From positions 4,257 through 68,256 of the forward strand of contig VXLM01000139.1 of NCBI GenBank assembly GCA_009841605.1: a DNA stretch of 64,000 bases. The letters run 5' to 3'. Within the stretch, counting starts at the first letter, position 1. Every line of letters starts with the position of its first letter. The notes beneath the pieces are model-generated. The model made no database searches, had not been told where the DNA came from, and saw only the letters and a program-made list of their open reading frames with translations. This DNA is from Dehalococcoidia bacterium (GTDB lineage Bacteria > Chloroflexota > Dehalococcoidia > Lucifugimonadales > VXLM01). The position numbers and the translations under genes were made by a program. Shown piece by piece: positions 20,017 to 29,447 of this stretch.

Positions 20017-20169
20017 GGCTCATGCAGGACTCCAAGTTAGGGTGGCGCGTACCATAGCCTCGCGGCCCCGCACGGTCAAGGTTGCCGTATCACCCACCCG
20101 GTGCCAACGGTAGGGTAAACAACGTACGGAGCCCAGTTAGGCTCCCTCACCGATTATAAGGTTCAATGT

Positions 20170-20203
20170 CCGTTCACCCTGGAGCCTGTCGAAGGGTGAA
20201 CAA
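20170..20203 (+). repeat. Family E hairpin (GTTCACCCT-ggagcctgtcga-AGGGTGAAC)
   Basis: 9-bp inverted arms around the conserved GAGCCTGTCGAAGGG core. Confidence 0.85.
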
Positions 20204-20265
20204 CTCATTAGGCTTCGACGAGCCCATGACCAACGATCTCGGCTGGCTGATCTGGCGTCCCCCTC

Positions 20266-20529
20266 TCAGAAGAGTACCTCGATCTCCTTAACGGTATCTC
20301 CTTCAACCAGCTGCAGCCGGGAATTCCGTGCTCGCTGATCGAGAAACCAGTCATACAGCCGCAGCGCGTTGCGAACCACCTCCGCATTGGTGGCTGCCTC
20401 CGAACGCTCGCGTATCCGCATCAGCCGTTCGTGCGCCTCCGGCGAAAAGTCGATCTGCAGGCGGTGACGTTTGCCCGCCACCTCCTCTGTGGTTGTTCCG
20501 TTGCCCTGTAGTTCGGTCGTCATATCCAA
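20266..20529 (-). CDS. hypothetical protein, ribbon-helix-helix-like
   Basis: 87 aa. RLQIDFSPEAHERLMRIRERSEAATNAEVVRNALRLY resembles the strand-helix-helix of CopG/RHH proteins. Function unknown. Confidence 0.5.
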   Translation of the reverse strand: MDMTTELQGNGTTTEEVAGKRHRLQIDFSPEAHERLMRIRERSEAATNAEVVRNALRLYDWFLDQRARNSRLQLVEGDTVKEIEVLF

Positions 20530-20603
20530 AAACCTCCTTTCTCAGAATTCTCTTTCAGGGCGTCGTGGAACGAAGTTGAACGTTTCTCAAGCGCCCGTGT
20601 TTA

Positions 20604-20813
20604 TCAAATTACCTCGTCGTCGATCTTGTCTGCCTCTTCTTCGCTGTCCTCAGGCGTCAGGTCGACGCGCTCTATGGTTGCCGGTTCAGTGGTCACTGGC
20701 CTTGGTTCTACCCTCACGATCCGCGTCCGCAGCGGCTCCAAGTCGGTGACGATTCCACGTTCGACCACCTCGGCAAGAAATCGGTCTATTGTTGTCTCTA
20801 TGTTTGAGTGCAT
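20604..20813 (-). CDS. hypothetical small protein with acidic tail
   Basis: 69 aa counted from ATG 20813, which has an AGGAGA SD 8 nt upstream. C-terminus PEDSEEEADKIDDEVI. The ORF track extends to 20888 without an SD. Confidence 0.4.
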   Translation of the reverse strand: MHSNIETTIDRFLAEVVERGIVTDLEPLRTRIVRVEPRPVTTEPATIERVDLTPEDSEEEADKIDDEVI

Positions 20814-20997
20814 GTACAGTCGTCTCCTACGGGTATGGGGATCTTCCGGCGGTCGCCTCCAAGCTTGCCTGCGGTACGATGCCCACACGAAAAGGACGGA
20901 TTGATGATGTGCCTAATGTCCATTGAACTCCTCCTAAGGAAAGATTATGGGGTTATTATGGATTTCACCCGCCTGAGAGTCAAGGACATTCGCCAAT

Positions 20998-21026
20998 TTG
21001 ACCCATATCGACGACGAACATAGAAT
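20998..21026 (+). promoter_or_regulatory. candidate promoter TTGACC-N17-TAGAAT upstream of the Zn-ADH gene
   Basis: Hexamers at 20998-21003 and 21021-21026. The ATG is 19 nt downstream of the -10 element, with SD gagaggtga in between. Confidence 0.45.
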
Positions 21027-21044
21027 TGGCCGAGAGGTGAAACC

Positions 21045-22061
21045 ATGCGAGCAGCCGTCTACACAGGCAATAGCAAGCTGGATGTCCGCGACGTCCCGGT
21101 CCCAGAGATCGGGCCGAACGAGGTGCTCGTCGAGGTAGCCTGCTGCGCCATCTGCGGCACCGATGTCCATGCCGTCATGTACGATGTCGCGCCGCCGGGC
21201 ACCGTCCTCGGCCACGAATACAGCGGCAAGGTCGTGAAAGTCGGGAGTGACATAACCGGATGGCAGGTGGGTGACCGCGTCGTCGGAGGCGGCGGCAACC
21301 CCCCACCCGGCAAGGGTAAAGGATGGGACCTCGACCCACGCTACAACTACCGGTTGCACGGCTTCGATCCCGACAGGATGCGCGCCTATGCCGAATACGT
21401 CATCATGGAGGAGTGGGAGCCCATTCCCATCCCCGATGGCGTGTCCTATGAATCCGCCGCCCTGTGCGAACCAGCCGCGGTGGCCGTTCACGCCGTGAGG
21501 CTGTCGCAGCTGCGGCTGGGCGATACGGTAACCGTGATCGGCGCAGGCCCCATCGGTTTATTCACCATCCAAGCCGCCCGCGCCGCAGGCGCAACGAGCA
21601 TCCTCGTCTCGGAACCCTCAGCCACGAGGCGCGCCGCCGCCGAGGCCCTGGACGCGGACATCGTCATCGACCCCACGCAAGAAGACCCCGTCAAGGCTGC
21701 CGAGGACATGACCGGCGGCGCGGGAGTCCACGTCGTTTTCGACTGCGCAGGCATCAAGGGCACTCTCGATCAGGCCGCGAACATGGTGCGTCCGAGGGGC
21801 CAGGTTGTCCTGATAGCCGTGCCCTGGGAGCCTCTGCCCCTCGAACCGGCCGACTGGATGGCCCGTCACATCAACATCCAGACCATCTTCGGCCACGAGC
21901 CCGCGGACTGGCATACCGTTCTCAAGCTCATGCAGACCCGCAAGATCCTCGTCGAGCCGATGCTCCGGGAATCTGACTTCGTGCCGCTGGAAGACATCCA
22001 GTCGGCCTTCGAGTCCCTCTACACCCCCGGTGACCAGCTTCAGTTGGTCGTCAGGCCGTGA
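21045..22061 (+). CDS. zinc-dependent alcohol dehydrogenase (MDR superfamily, sorbitol/threonine-DH-like)
   Basis: 338 aa. Catalytic-Zn motif GHEYSGKVVKVG, CAICGTDVH, and NAD fold VIGAGPIGL. Confidence 0.9.
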   Translation: MRAAVYTGNSKLDVRDVPVPEIGPNEVLVEVACCAICGTDVHAVMYDVAPPGTVLGHEYSGKVVKVGSDITGWQVGDRVVGGGGNPPPGKGKGWDLDPRYNYRLHGFDPDRMRAYAEYVIMEEWEPIPIPDGVSYESAALCEPAAVAVHAVRLSQLRLGDTVTVIGAGPIGLFTIQAARAAGATSILVSEPSATRRAAAEALDADIVIDPTQEDPVKAAEDMTGGAGVHVVFDCAGIKGTLDQAANMVRPRGQVVLIAVPWEPLPLEPADWMARHINIQTIFGHEPADWHTVLKLMQTRKILVEPMLRESDFVPLEDIQSAFESLYTPGDQLQLVVRP

Positions 22062-22126
22062 AAGGAGCCGTTAGGTATAATGAAGACGGCCTGTGGATAT
22101 GACACCACAGTGACCGGGAGTCACGC

Positions 22127-22684
22127 ATGGTAACGGTCATCAAGAAACCTGCGACAGTGGCCGACCTCTACAAAGTCGCCAACGGTGGTAAGGCCGAGCT
22201 TGTCAGAGGAGAACTACGGCTTATGGCCCCAACGGGAGGCGATCCCAGTCTGTCTGGCGGGAACATTTTTGTCAGCTTACGACAATATGTGCTGGACGGG
22301 CGCCCCGGAATAGCCGTGCCAGACAACGCCGGGTTTATCGTCGACCTGCCAGACCGCCAGTCCTTCAGCCCCGATGTAGCGTACTTCACCGGGGAACGCC
22401 CGGGAATGAAATTCTTTCAAGGCGCACCGGTCTTCGCCGTAGAAATCCGAAGCGAGAACGACTACGGCCCCCCCGCCGAACGCGAGATGGCCGCCAAGCG
22501 CGCCGACTACTTTGCCGCTGGGACGCTCGTAGTTTGGGACGTCGACCTTCTCAGCAATGACACCGTCAAGGTCTTTCGCTCGTCCGACCCCAACACGCCA
22601 ACGATCTACCGACGCGGCGAAACTGCCGAAGCTGAGCCCGCCGTCCCTGAGTGGACAATGCCCGTGGACGAACTCTTCGCGTGA
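22127..22684 (+). CDS. Uma2-family (DUF820) putative endonuclease
   Basis: 185 aa. AELVRGELRLMAPTGG...PDVAYF...FAVEIRSEND matches the restriction-endonuclease-like Uma2 pattern. Confidence 0.8.
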   Translation: MVTVIKKPATVADLYKVANGGKAELVRGELRLMAPTGGDPSLSGGNIFVSLRQYVLDGRPGIAVPDNAGFIVDLPDRQSFSPDVAYFTGERPGMKFFQGAPVFAVEIRSENDYGPPAEREMAAKRADYFAAGTLVVWDVDLLSNDTVKVFRSSDPNTPTIYRRGETAEAEPAVPEWTMPVDELFA

Positions 22685-22702
22685 AACGGGTCTATTGGAA
22701 GA

Positions 22703-22730
22703 CCGTTCACCCTGAGCCTGTCGAAGGGTC
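22703..22730 (+). repeat. Family E repeat
   Basis: ccgttcaccctgagcctgtcgaagggtcg, between the convergent Uma2 and ALDH genes. Confidence 0.85.
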
Positions 22731-22780
22731 GCTCTAGGCACCCTATAGCAAGCTGCCGTGAGCCGTCTATTGCCCCTTCA

Positions 22781-24193
22781 CTACGGATGGAAGATGACCA
22801 TCTTCGTTTCCGTCATCTCCTCCACCGCGTACTTCGGCCCCTCCTTGCCCATGCCACTGTCCTTCAGCCCGCCGTAGGGCATGAGGTCCGCTCGCCACTG
22901 AGGGCCTGCATTGATCTGGATGTTCCCCGAATGCACCTGCTTGGCGTACTGCATCGCCCAATCCACGTTCTGCGTGAAGATTGCCGCGCTCAGTCCGTAG
23001 ATCGTGTCGTTGGCCGAAGCGATGGCCTCGTCGATGTCGTCGAATGACGAGACCGCAACCGCGGGCCCGAATATCTCGTCGCGCGATATCCGCATGTCGG
23101 GCTTCACGTCCACGACCACCGTCGGCTCGTGAAGCGCTCCCTCATACTCACCGCCCGTCGTCGTCCGTGCCCCCGCGCCGACCGCCTCCTGGATCCATGA
23201 GTTGACCCGCACAGCGTCCTCGCTCCGCACCATGGGCCCCATCTTGATCGACGCGTCGAGCTGGTCTCCGGTCGTCAGCCCCTGCACTCCCTCGGTGAGC
23301 GCGTCTACGAAGTCGCCGTAGATGTCGCTGCTCGCCATCACCCGCTGTGCCGAGATGCAGACCTGTCCGGCATTCGAGAATCCGCTGGATACGGTGCCCG
23401 CGATGACCTTGTCCATGTCCGCGTCGCTCATCACGATCAGCGGTGAGTTGGAGCCGAGCTCCATCGTCACCTTCTTCAGTCCCGCCGTCTTGCAGATGCG
23501 CTCGCCCACGTCGCGGCTGCCGGTAAACGTGACCTTCCGCACGCGCGGATCGGCCACAAGTGGGTCACCGATCCTGCTGCCTGAACCCGTTATGCACTGT
23601 ATCGACTCTGCCGGAGCGCCCGCCTCAAGGAGAATCTCTGTGAGCTTCAACGCCGAAAGAGGCGTGTCGGTCGCGGGCTTGATGATGACCGAGTTCCCCG
23701 CCGCCAGCGCAGGGCCGACCTTGTGCGCCACGAGGTTCAGCGGGAAGTTGAACGGGCTGATCGCCGCGACGACCCCCACGGGAACCCGCATCGTGAAGCC
23801 GTATTGACCAGTCCAGTTCGTCGCCCCGTCCAGAGGAATCGTCTCGCCATAGAGACGTTTGGCCTCCTCGCCCGAAAGCTCTATCGTCTGCTTCGCGCGC
23901 TCCGCCTCGGCGACGCCCTCGCCGATGATCTTCCCCTCTTCCATAGAGATCGTCCGACCAAGCTCATCCTGACGCTCCGTCATGATGTCCGCCGCGCGCC
24001 GCAGGATCTCGAAACGCCGGTAACCCGGCATGTTTCGCATCACCTCCGCCCCACGCACGGCGCTCGCCACAGCCGTTTCCAGATCATCAAAACTCCCGCT
24101 CGGCACCGTGTCGATCACCGAGCCGTTGTAAGGGTTAATCACATCGATCTTGCTGTCCCGGTCTACCCACTCTCCAGCTATATACATCTTCAT
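22781..24193 (-). CDS. NAD(P)-dependent aldehyde dehydrogenase
   Basis: 470 aa. ALDH motifs FTGSRDVG, catalytic-Glu block MELGSNSP, catalytic-Cys block FSNAGQVCIS. Confidence 0.92.
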   Translation of the reverse strand: MKMYIAGEWVDRDSKIDVINPYNGSVIDTVPSGSFDDLETAVASAVRGAEVMRNMPGYRRFEILRRAADIMTERQDELGRTISMEEGKIIGEGVAEAERAKQTIELSGEEAKRLYGETIPLDGATNWTGQYGFTMRVPVGVVAAISPFNFPLNLVAHKVGPALAAGNSVIIKPATDTPLSALKLTEILLEAGAPAESIQCITGSGSRIGDPLVADPRVRKVTFTGSRDVGERICKTAGLKKVTMELGSNSPLIVMSDADMDKVIAGTVSSGFSNAGQVCISAQRVMASSDIYGDFVDALTEGVQGLTTGDQLDASIKMGPMVRSEDAVRVNSWIQEAVGAGARTTTGGEYEGALHEPTVVVDVKPDMRISRDEIFGPAVAVSSFDDIDEAIASANDTIYGLSAAIFTQNVDWAMQYAKQVHSGNIQINAGPQWRADLMPYGGLKDSGMGKEGPKYAVEEMTETKMVIFHP

Positions 24194-24444
24194 GGACTCA
24201 TACCTCCTCGTTGCTGCTATATCCCTTTCAAGTTGGACAGATGCGTTCGTCTATCCGCCCCGTCTTCGTTGTCCGGTATCTCCCTTATGTGGAGCGGTAG
24301 TGTAGCACAATGACGTTCAAGCGCCGCGTCCTCAGTCTCAAACTCCATGGGAACTGGGCCGGTCGTCCCTCAATCCACTGTCCCGACAGCCGCATCATAG
24401 CACTGGCGAACCACGATTTCACCGCTTCATGCCCTGTAGGCAAA

Positions 24445-24474
24445 TTGACCCCTCTCAATTCCCGGTGCTACAAT
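24445..24474 (+). promoter_or_regulatory. candidate promoter TTGACC-N18-TACAAT upstream of the Kelch lipoprotein gene
   Basis: Hexamers at 24445-24450 and 24469-24474. Implies a leader of about 145 nt. Confidence 0.4.
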
Positions 24475-24625
24475 TTCGGCTGTCGGAAAACACGCTTCCC
24501 ACGACTCTTCCTAACCTATTCCCGCCGCTCCGCGTTGTGATACTACAGACACAGCCTGGATTCGCGAGCCTCGTCCGAGCTATGGAACCGAAGGGGCAAG
24601 CCCCGAACCGAGACACTGCCGAACC

Positions 24626-26887
24626 ATGACGACTACGCCTCCACTTTCAAAGTTTCTTGCCCTGCTCCTGGTGCTCGCGGCCGCAGCCGTATGGGCTTCT
24701 TGCGGGAGCGACACTACCTCCACTGAACCCACCGCGACGCCTCGCGTTGCGCCGTCATCCGGTCAGCCGGGAACAGCCTCGACCGCAAGGCAGACCACGA
24801 GCCGTCCTGCCTCCCTCGCGAAGACCAACCAGCGCAACATGAACGACCCACGCCAGGCATTCGGCGTGGTCAAGCTGGACAATGGCAAGGTACTCGTCAT
24901 CGGCGGCATCGGGCCCTACGGCTCCTTCCCCCTCGTGGAAGAATACGACCCCGCAACCGACACGTGGACGACCAAGGCGCGAATGCTGACCTCAAGGGCG
25001 TTCAGCCCGGCCATAGTGATGCAGGACGGTCGGATTCTGGTGATGGGCGGTTCGGGAGAGACGGAAAACCTCGACTCGGCCGAGTTATACGACCCCGATA
25101 CCGATACGTGGATTCAGGTCCGACGGATGATCGACAACCGTGGTCTCCACGACGCAATCCTCCTGGACGACGGCAAAGTGCTGGTGACCGGCGGGACGGG
25201 TCTAAGGGGCGGCGCCCTGAACACGGTCGAAGTCTACGACCCCGAAAAAGAGGACTGGTTCGAGCTTGCAAGCCTCCAGTTCCATCGCGGCTCCCACGGG
25301 TCCGTCCGGCTGCATGACGGGCGCATTCTCATCGCCGGAGGCGGAGACGGCGCAGGCACTCCTGTAGAGCAGGCGGAGATTTACGATCCCGCGACAGGTG
25401 AGTGGTCGTCGGGCGGCGTCATGACCACCGGGCGTGTCGCCCTCTCGCTGACCCTCCTCAACGATGGACGAGTTCTAGCATATGGAGGCGAGGAGTTCAG
25501 CAGCGCCGAGATATACGACCCCGAAACGAACACGTGGGCAGAACTGCCCGAACCCGGAGTGCCTCGCCAGGACCACACGGCCACCCTCCTGAACGACGGA
25601 CGAGTGTTGTTTGCCGGAGGAGGCCTCAAGCAAGGGACTACCGAAGACACCGCCGAGATTTTCGACCCCGAGACCGACCGGTTCGAGCCCGCCGGCAATA
25701 TGGACGCCGCGAGAGTTTCCCATCGCTCCGTCCTGCTCAACGACGGGCGAGTCATGGTCATCGGAGGCGCGCAGAGAACCGGCCCGTACGACACCGTCGA
25801 GTTCTACAATCCCGCGACGGAAACATGGGTCTCCGACCCGTTCCTCGGCTCATGGGAGAAGGCAGCCCCACTCGTGCAGCCGCGCGCCGGTCACACCACG
25901 ACGATTCTAGATGACGGCGCCCTGCTGATAGCGGGCGGAAGGGCGAGGCTCGACGAATCGGACATCCAGACACTCGTGGACTTCATCCCGGCCACCGAAA
26001 TATACAACCCGTCCACAGGCGAGTCCCGTGCCGTCGCAGATATGAACGACCCACGCGGCGGCCATATAGCGGCGGGGCTCCCGGGCGGGCGTGTGCTCGT
26101 CGCCGGCGGTAGGCAGTTGGTGATAGACGAAGAGGAAAGTAGAAAGATCACTTTCATCGGCACCGCTGAGATATACGACCCCGCCGACGATACGTGGACG
26201 CAGGTAGCCGACATGACCGTCGCCAGGTGGGCACACACCGGAATAGCGCTCGCGGATGGGACGGTCATGGTAGTCGGCGGCGAAAACGATGACGGCAAAG
26301 TCGCCACCGCCGAGGTCTATGATCCCGCCACGGACACTTGGACCGAGGTCTCTCGGATGGCCGACGGGCGCTCCGGCCACTCCATGGAACTTCTGCCGGA
26401 CGGTCGGCTCATGGTCGCTGGCGGCTCCGGTCCGACCGTCGAAGTGTACGACTTCGCCACGAGAACATGGTCGCTGCTGCCGAACTTGGACCAGCGCCTT
26501 CGTGATGCGGCCGTGGGTGTCCTGCAAGACGGCACCATCTTGGTCGCAGGCGGCTTCGGCTCACAGGGGCCGTCCAACTCGGCCCTGGTGCACGTATTGG
26601 GTACGACCCAGTGGGAGTACGTCGACCGCCTCCCGGAGGCCCGCGTAGGCTCGACTATGACACTGCTCGACAATGGTGGAATCCTCATGCTGGGCGGTAC
26701 GGGAACCACTAAGGCGTGGATATTCGACGGCACTGTCGGAGGATGGCTCTACGGCGGCAAGATGTTCGATTCTCGCAGAGACCACACCGCCACCCTGCTG
26801 CCGGACGGCAGGGTGATCACCATAGGCGGCGAGGCCAGAAACCGGGCCATCAACGACTCCGTCGAGATATACACGCCACCCCAGTAG
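24626..26887 (+). CDS. Kelch-repeat lipoprotein
   Basis: 753 aa. Signal plus lipobox (VWASCGS), Thr/Pro-rich tether, then about 14 repeats of the DGRVLV.GG...AEIYDP.T.TW type. Confidence 0.85.
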   Translation: MTTTPPLSKFLALLLVLAAAAVWASCGSDTTSTEPTATPRVAPSSGQPGTASTARQTTSRPASLAKTNQRNMNDPRQAFGVVKLDNGKVLVIGGIGPYGSFPLVEEYDPATDTWTTKARMLTSRAFSPAIVMQDGRILVMGGSGETENLDSAELYDPDTDTWIQVRRMIDNRGLHDAILLDDGKVLVTGGTGLRGGALNTVEVYDPEKEDWFELASLQFHRGSHGSVRLHDGRILIAGGGDGAGTPVEQAEIYDPATGEWSSGGVMTTGRVALSLTLLNDGRVLAYGGEEFSSAEIYDPETNTWAELPEPGVPRQDHTATLLNDGRVLFAGGGLKQGTTEDTAEIFDPETDRFEPAGNMDAARVSHRSVLLNDGRVMVIGGAQRTGPYDTVEFYNPATETWVSDPFLGSWEKAAPLVQPRAGHTTTILDDGALLIAGGRARLDESDIQTLVDFIPATEIYNPSTGESRAVADMNDPRGGHIAAGLPGGRVLVAGGRQLVIDEEESRKITFIGTAEIYDPADDTWTQVADMTVARWAHTGIALADGTVMVVGGENDDGKVATAEVYDPATDTWTEVSRMADGRSGHSMELLPDGRLMVAGGSGPTVEVYDFATRTWSLLPNLDQRLRDAAVGVLQDGTILVAGGFGSQGPSNSALVHVLGTTQWEYVDRLPEARVGSTMTLLDNGGILMLGGTGTTKAWIFDGTVGGWLYGGKMFDSRRDHTATLLPDGRVITIGGEARNRAINDSVEIYTPPQ

Positions 26888-26926
26888 CTCCACCTGAAGC
26901 GGACTCCACCCCGGGACGATTCCGTT

Positions 26927-26950
26927 GTAACTGTTCAGAGTCCGTGAGAA
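26927..26950 (+). repeat. solo left terminus of family C (gtaactgttcagagtccgtgagaa)
   Basis: Matches the left TIR of the family C elements. No right end or central hairpin follows. Confidence 0.6.
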
Positions 26951-27032
26951 CCCCTACAATTCCCCTCCCTCAATAGCACGACCATCAGCCCGTCGCGTAT
27001 AATGAAGGGGAAACTCGACCCGGTGGCCCTGC

Positions 27033-27911
27033 GTGCAAATCGGAGTAGTATTTCCTCAACTCGAAATCGGCAACGACCCGGTCGCAATCCGCGACTATGC
27101 TCAAGCCGCAGAGTCGCTCGGCTACGACCACCTCCTCGTCTACGACCACGTCCTGGGAGCCAATCGCGAGACCCACGAGTGGCTCCGAGGCCCCTATAGA
27201 CACCCGGACGCCTTCCACGAACCCTTCGTGCTGTTCGGCTACCTTGCCGGACTGACGCAGAAGATCGAGCTCGTAACCGGCATCCTCATCCTTCCCCAGC
27301 GTCAGACTGCCCTCGTCGCCAAGCAGGCCGCCGAGGTCGATGTTCTTTCCAAAGGCCGCCTCCGTCTCGGCATTGGCATAGGCTGGAACAGCGTGGAGTA
27401 CGAGGCGCTGAACGAAGACTTCTCGAACAGGGGCCGCCGCTCCGAAGAGCAGATCGAAGTGATGAGAGCGCTGTGGACGAACGACCTCGTCACCTTCAAG
27501 GGCCGCTGGCACGCCATCACCGACGCGGGCATCAACCCCCTGCCCGTCCAGAGGCCCATTCCGATATGGTTCGGCGGTTACGACGACCGCGTCCTCCGCC
27601 GTATCGGCAGGATCGGCGACGGCTGGATCATTGCGGGCGGAGGCAACACGCCCACGCAGAAGACCACCTCGGCGGTCGAGCGAGTCAAGGGATATACGCA
27701 AGACGCGGGTCGCGACCCTTCGGCAATGGGGTTCGAAAAAGTCATCGGCTACGGAGATGCAACCCTCGGCAAAGGTATCGAGACCGTCCGCGAATGGGAA
27801 GACGCTGGCGTGACACACCTGTCCCTGAACACAATGAACTCCGGCCTTGCCACCCCTTCCGATCACATAACCGCAATCCGACGATTCAGAGAAGCCTTGG
27901 TAGAGGAGTAG
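27033..27911 (+). CDS. LLM-class (luciferase-like) F420-dependent oxidoreductase
   Basis: 292 aa with a GTG start. GVVFPQ...RDYAQAAESLGYDHLLVYDHV...GRLRLGIGIGW matches the Rv2161c-like LLM family pattern. Confidence 0.85.
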   Translation: MQIGVVFPQLEIGNDPVAIRDYAQAAESLGYDHLLVYDHVLGANRETHEWLRGPYRHPDAFHEPFVLFGYLAGLTQKIELVTGILILPQRQTALVAKQAAEVDVLSKGRLRLGIGIGWNSVEYEALNEDFSNRGRRSEEQIEVMRALWTNDLVTFKGRWHAITDAGINPLPVQRPIPIWFGGYDDRVLRRIGRIGDGWIIAGGGNTPTQKTTSAVERVKGYTQDAGRDPSAMGFEKVIGYGDATLGKGIETVREWEDAGVTHLSLNTMNSGLATPSDHITAIRRFREALVEE

Positions 27912-27913
27912 CC

Positions 27914-29005
27914 TTGTCCGAACTGCTGACAACTCCGCTTCACCGCACACACGTCTCGATGGGCGCGCGCATGGTCCCCTTTTCCGGCTGGGACATGCCC
28001 GTCCAGTACGCCACCATTCTGGAAGAGGTGGATGCCGTCCGCGAGCGCGTGGGTATCTTCGACGTATCTCACATGGGCCGGCTCTTCATCAGCGGTCCGG
28101 GCGCCGGGGCGTTCGTGAGCCGGGTATTCAGCACCGACGTAACCAAGCTCCGGCGGGGACGCGCCAAGTACGGCGTGACATGCAACGAAGAGGGCGGAAT
28201 CATCGACGACAACATCGTCTACCGCCTCGGTGAGGAACGCTACCTGTACATCCCAAACGCGGGTAACCGTGACGCCGTCTCGGCCTGGCTCCACAGGTGG
28301 GCCCCGACCGACGGCTCCGTCGATATCGATGACGCCGCCGACCGCCTCGCCATGATCGCCATTCAAGGCCCTGCGGCAAAGTCCACCTTCTCCAAAATAG
28401 CCGGGGCCGCTCTCGACAAGATCCGCCCCTTCCGAATCGCGCCCGTCGACATAGACGGTGAGTCCGTCCTGGTCGCGCGGACCGGATACACCGGAGAGGA
28501 CGGCTACGAGATCATGCCCTCGTCCGACTCAGTCGTCTCCGTCTGGAATGCGCTTATCAATGCCAAGGCTATACCGTGCGGCCTCGCCTCCCGCGACCTG
28601 CTCAGACTCGAAGCGGCCTTTCTCCTGCACGGAAACGACATGGACACCTCGATCAATCCCTACGAAGCGGGACTCGACCGCTTCGTCGACCCCGACCGTG
28701 ATGACTACATCCCCGGCGAGGCCCTCAGGCGAATCCGCGACGAGGGTACGAGCCGAAAGCTGGTTGGCTTCGAGATGGTCGGAAGAGGCATCGCCAGGCA
28801 CGGATACGACATCACCCACGGCGAAAACAAGATCGGCGAGGTGTCCAGCGGCAGCGTCTCCTTCACGCTTGACAAGAATATCGGCTTCGGCTATGTTCCT
28901 ACGGATTTTTCGGCGCTTGGAACGCAGCTTTGGATACAAATCAGGCGTCGCAGCGTCGAGGCAGTCGTCAGACCCCTGCCCTTCTATTCGCGGAGAGCTT
29001 CATGA
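27914..29005 (+). CDS. gcvT: glycine cleavage system T protein (aminomethyltransferase)
   Basis: TTG 27914, 2 nt after the LLM stop, gives N-terminus (M)SELLTTPLHRTHVSMGARMVPFSGWDMPVQY, collinear with known GcvT N-termini. The upstream part of ORF 27473 is a shadow of the LLM gene. Confidence 0.9.
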   Translation: MSELLTTPLHRTHVSMGARMVPFSGWDMPVQYATILEEVDAVRERVGIFDVSHMGRLFISGPGAGAFVSRVFSTDVTKLRRGRAKYGVTCNEEGGIIDDNIVYRLGEERYLYIPNAGNRDAVSAWLHRWAPTDGSVDIDDAADRLAMIAIQGPAAKSTFSKIAGAALDKIRPFRIAPVDIDGESVLVARTGYTGEDGYEIMPSSDSVVSVWNALINAKAIPCGLASRDLLRLEAAFLLHGNDMDTSINPYEAGLDRFVDPDRDDYIPGEALRRIRDEGTSRKLVGFEMVGRGIARHGYDITHGENKIGEVSSGSVSFTLDKNIGFGYVPTDFSALGTQLWIQIRRRSVEAVVRPLPFYSRRAS

Positions 29006-29388
29006 ACTACCCGGACGACCTCAAGTACACCAAAGAGCACGAGTGGCTTCGTGTCGAGTCGGAAACCACCGTCGTGGTAGGCATCACCGAGTATGCCGCC
29101 GACGAGCTTGGCGACGTGGTATTCGTCGAGTTGCCGGACGTAGGGGCAGACGTTACGTCGATGGGCGTGTTTGGCGAGATCGAGTCGGTCAAGGCCGTGA
29201 GCGAACTCTACTCTCCGGTGAGCGGTACGGTCGTCGAGCGCAACGAGGAGCTTGACGATACCCCCGAACTGGTCAACGACTCAGCATACAGTGACGGCTG
29301 GATGATCAAGATCGAGCTGAGCGACCCGTCCCAGTTGGACGGCCTCATGTCCGCCGCCGACTACGAGCAGTTCCTGGCAACCCAATAG
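29002..29388 (+). CDS. gcvH: glycine cleavage system H protein
   Basis: MNYPDDLKYTKEHEWLRVE and lipoyl-lysine motif GEIESVKAVSELYSPVSG. The ATG overlaps the gcvT stop. Confidence 0.93.
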   Translation: MNYPDDLKYTKEHEWLRVESETTVVVGITEYAADELGDVVFVELPDVGADVTSMGVFGEIESVKAVSELYSPVSGTVVERNEELDDTPELVNDSAYSDGWMIKIELSDPSQLDGLMSAADYEQFLATQ

Positions 29389-29447
29389 CGGTGGTCCTAT
29401 AACCCCGCCGCACCATATTTACGCAAGGCTCCCACACGCACCAAGAT

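Noticed and set aside
24194-24444. ORF 24310-24540 (76 aa) and possible ncRNA in the 430-bp ALDH/Kelch divergent spacer.
   Set aside because: The ORF has no SD, an odd composition and no domain-like sequence. I found no convincing conserved structure. Only the promoter-like hexamers at 24445-24474 were retained.
26888-27032. Looked for a glycine riboswitch upstream of the LLM-gcv operon.
   Set aside because: I could not recognise the conserved glycine-aptamer core in this 145-bp spacer. It contains a solo family C terminus and a TATAAT box. A covariance-model scan would be needed to exclude a divergent aptamer.
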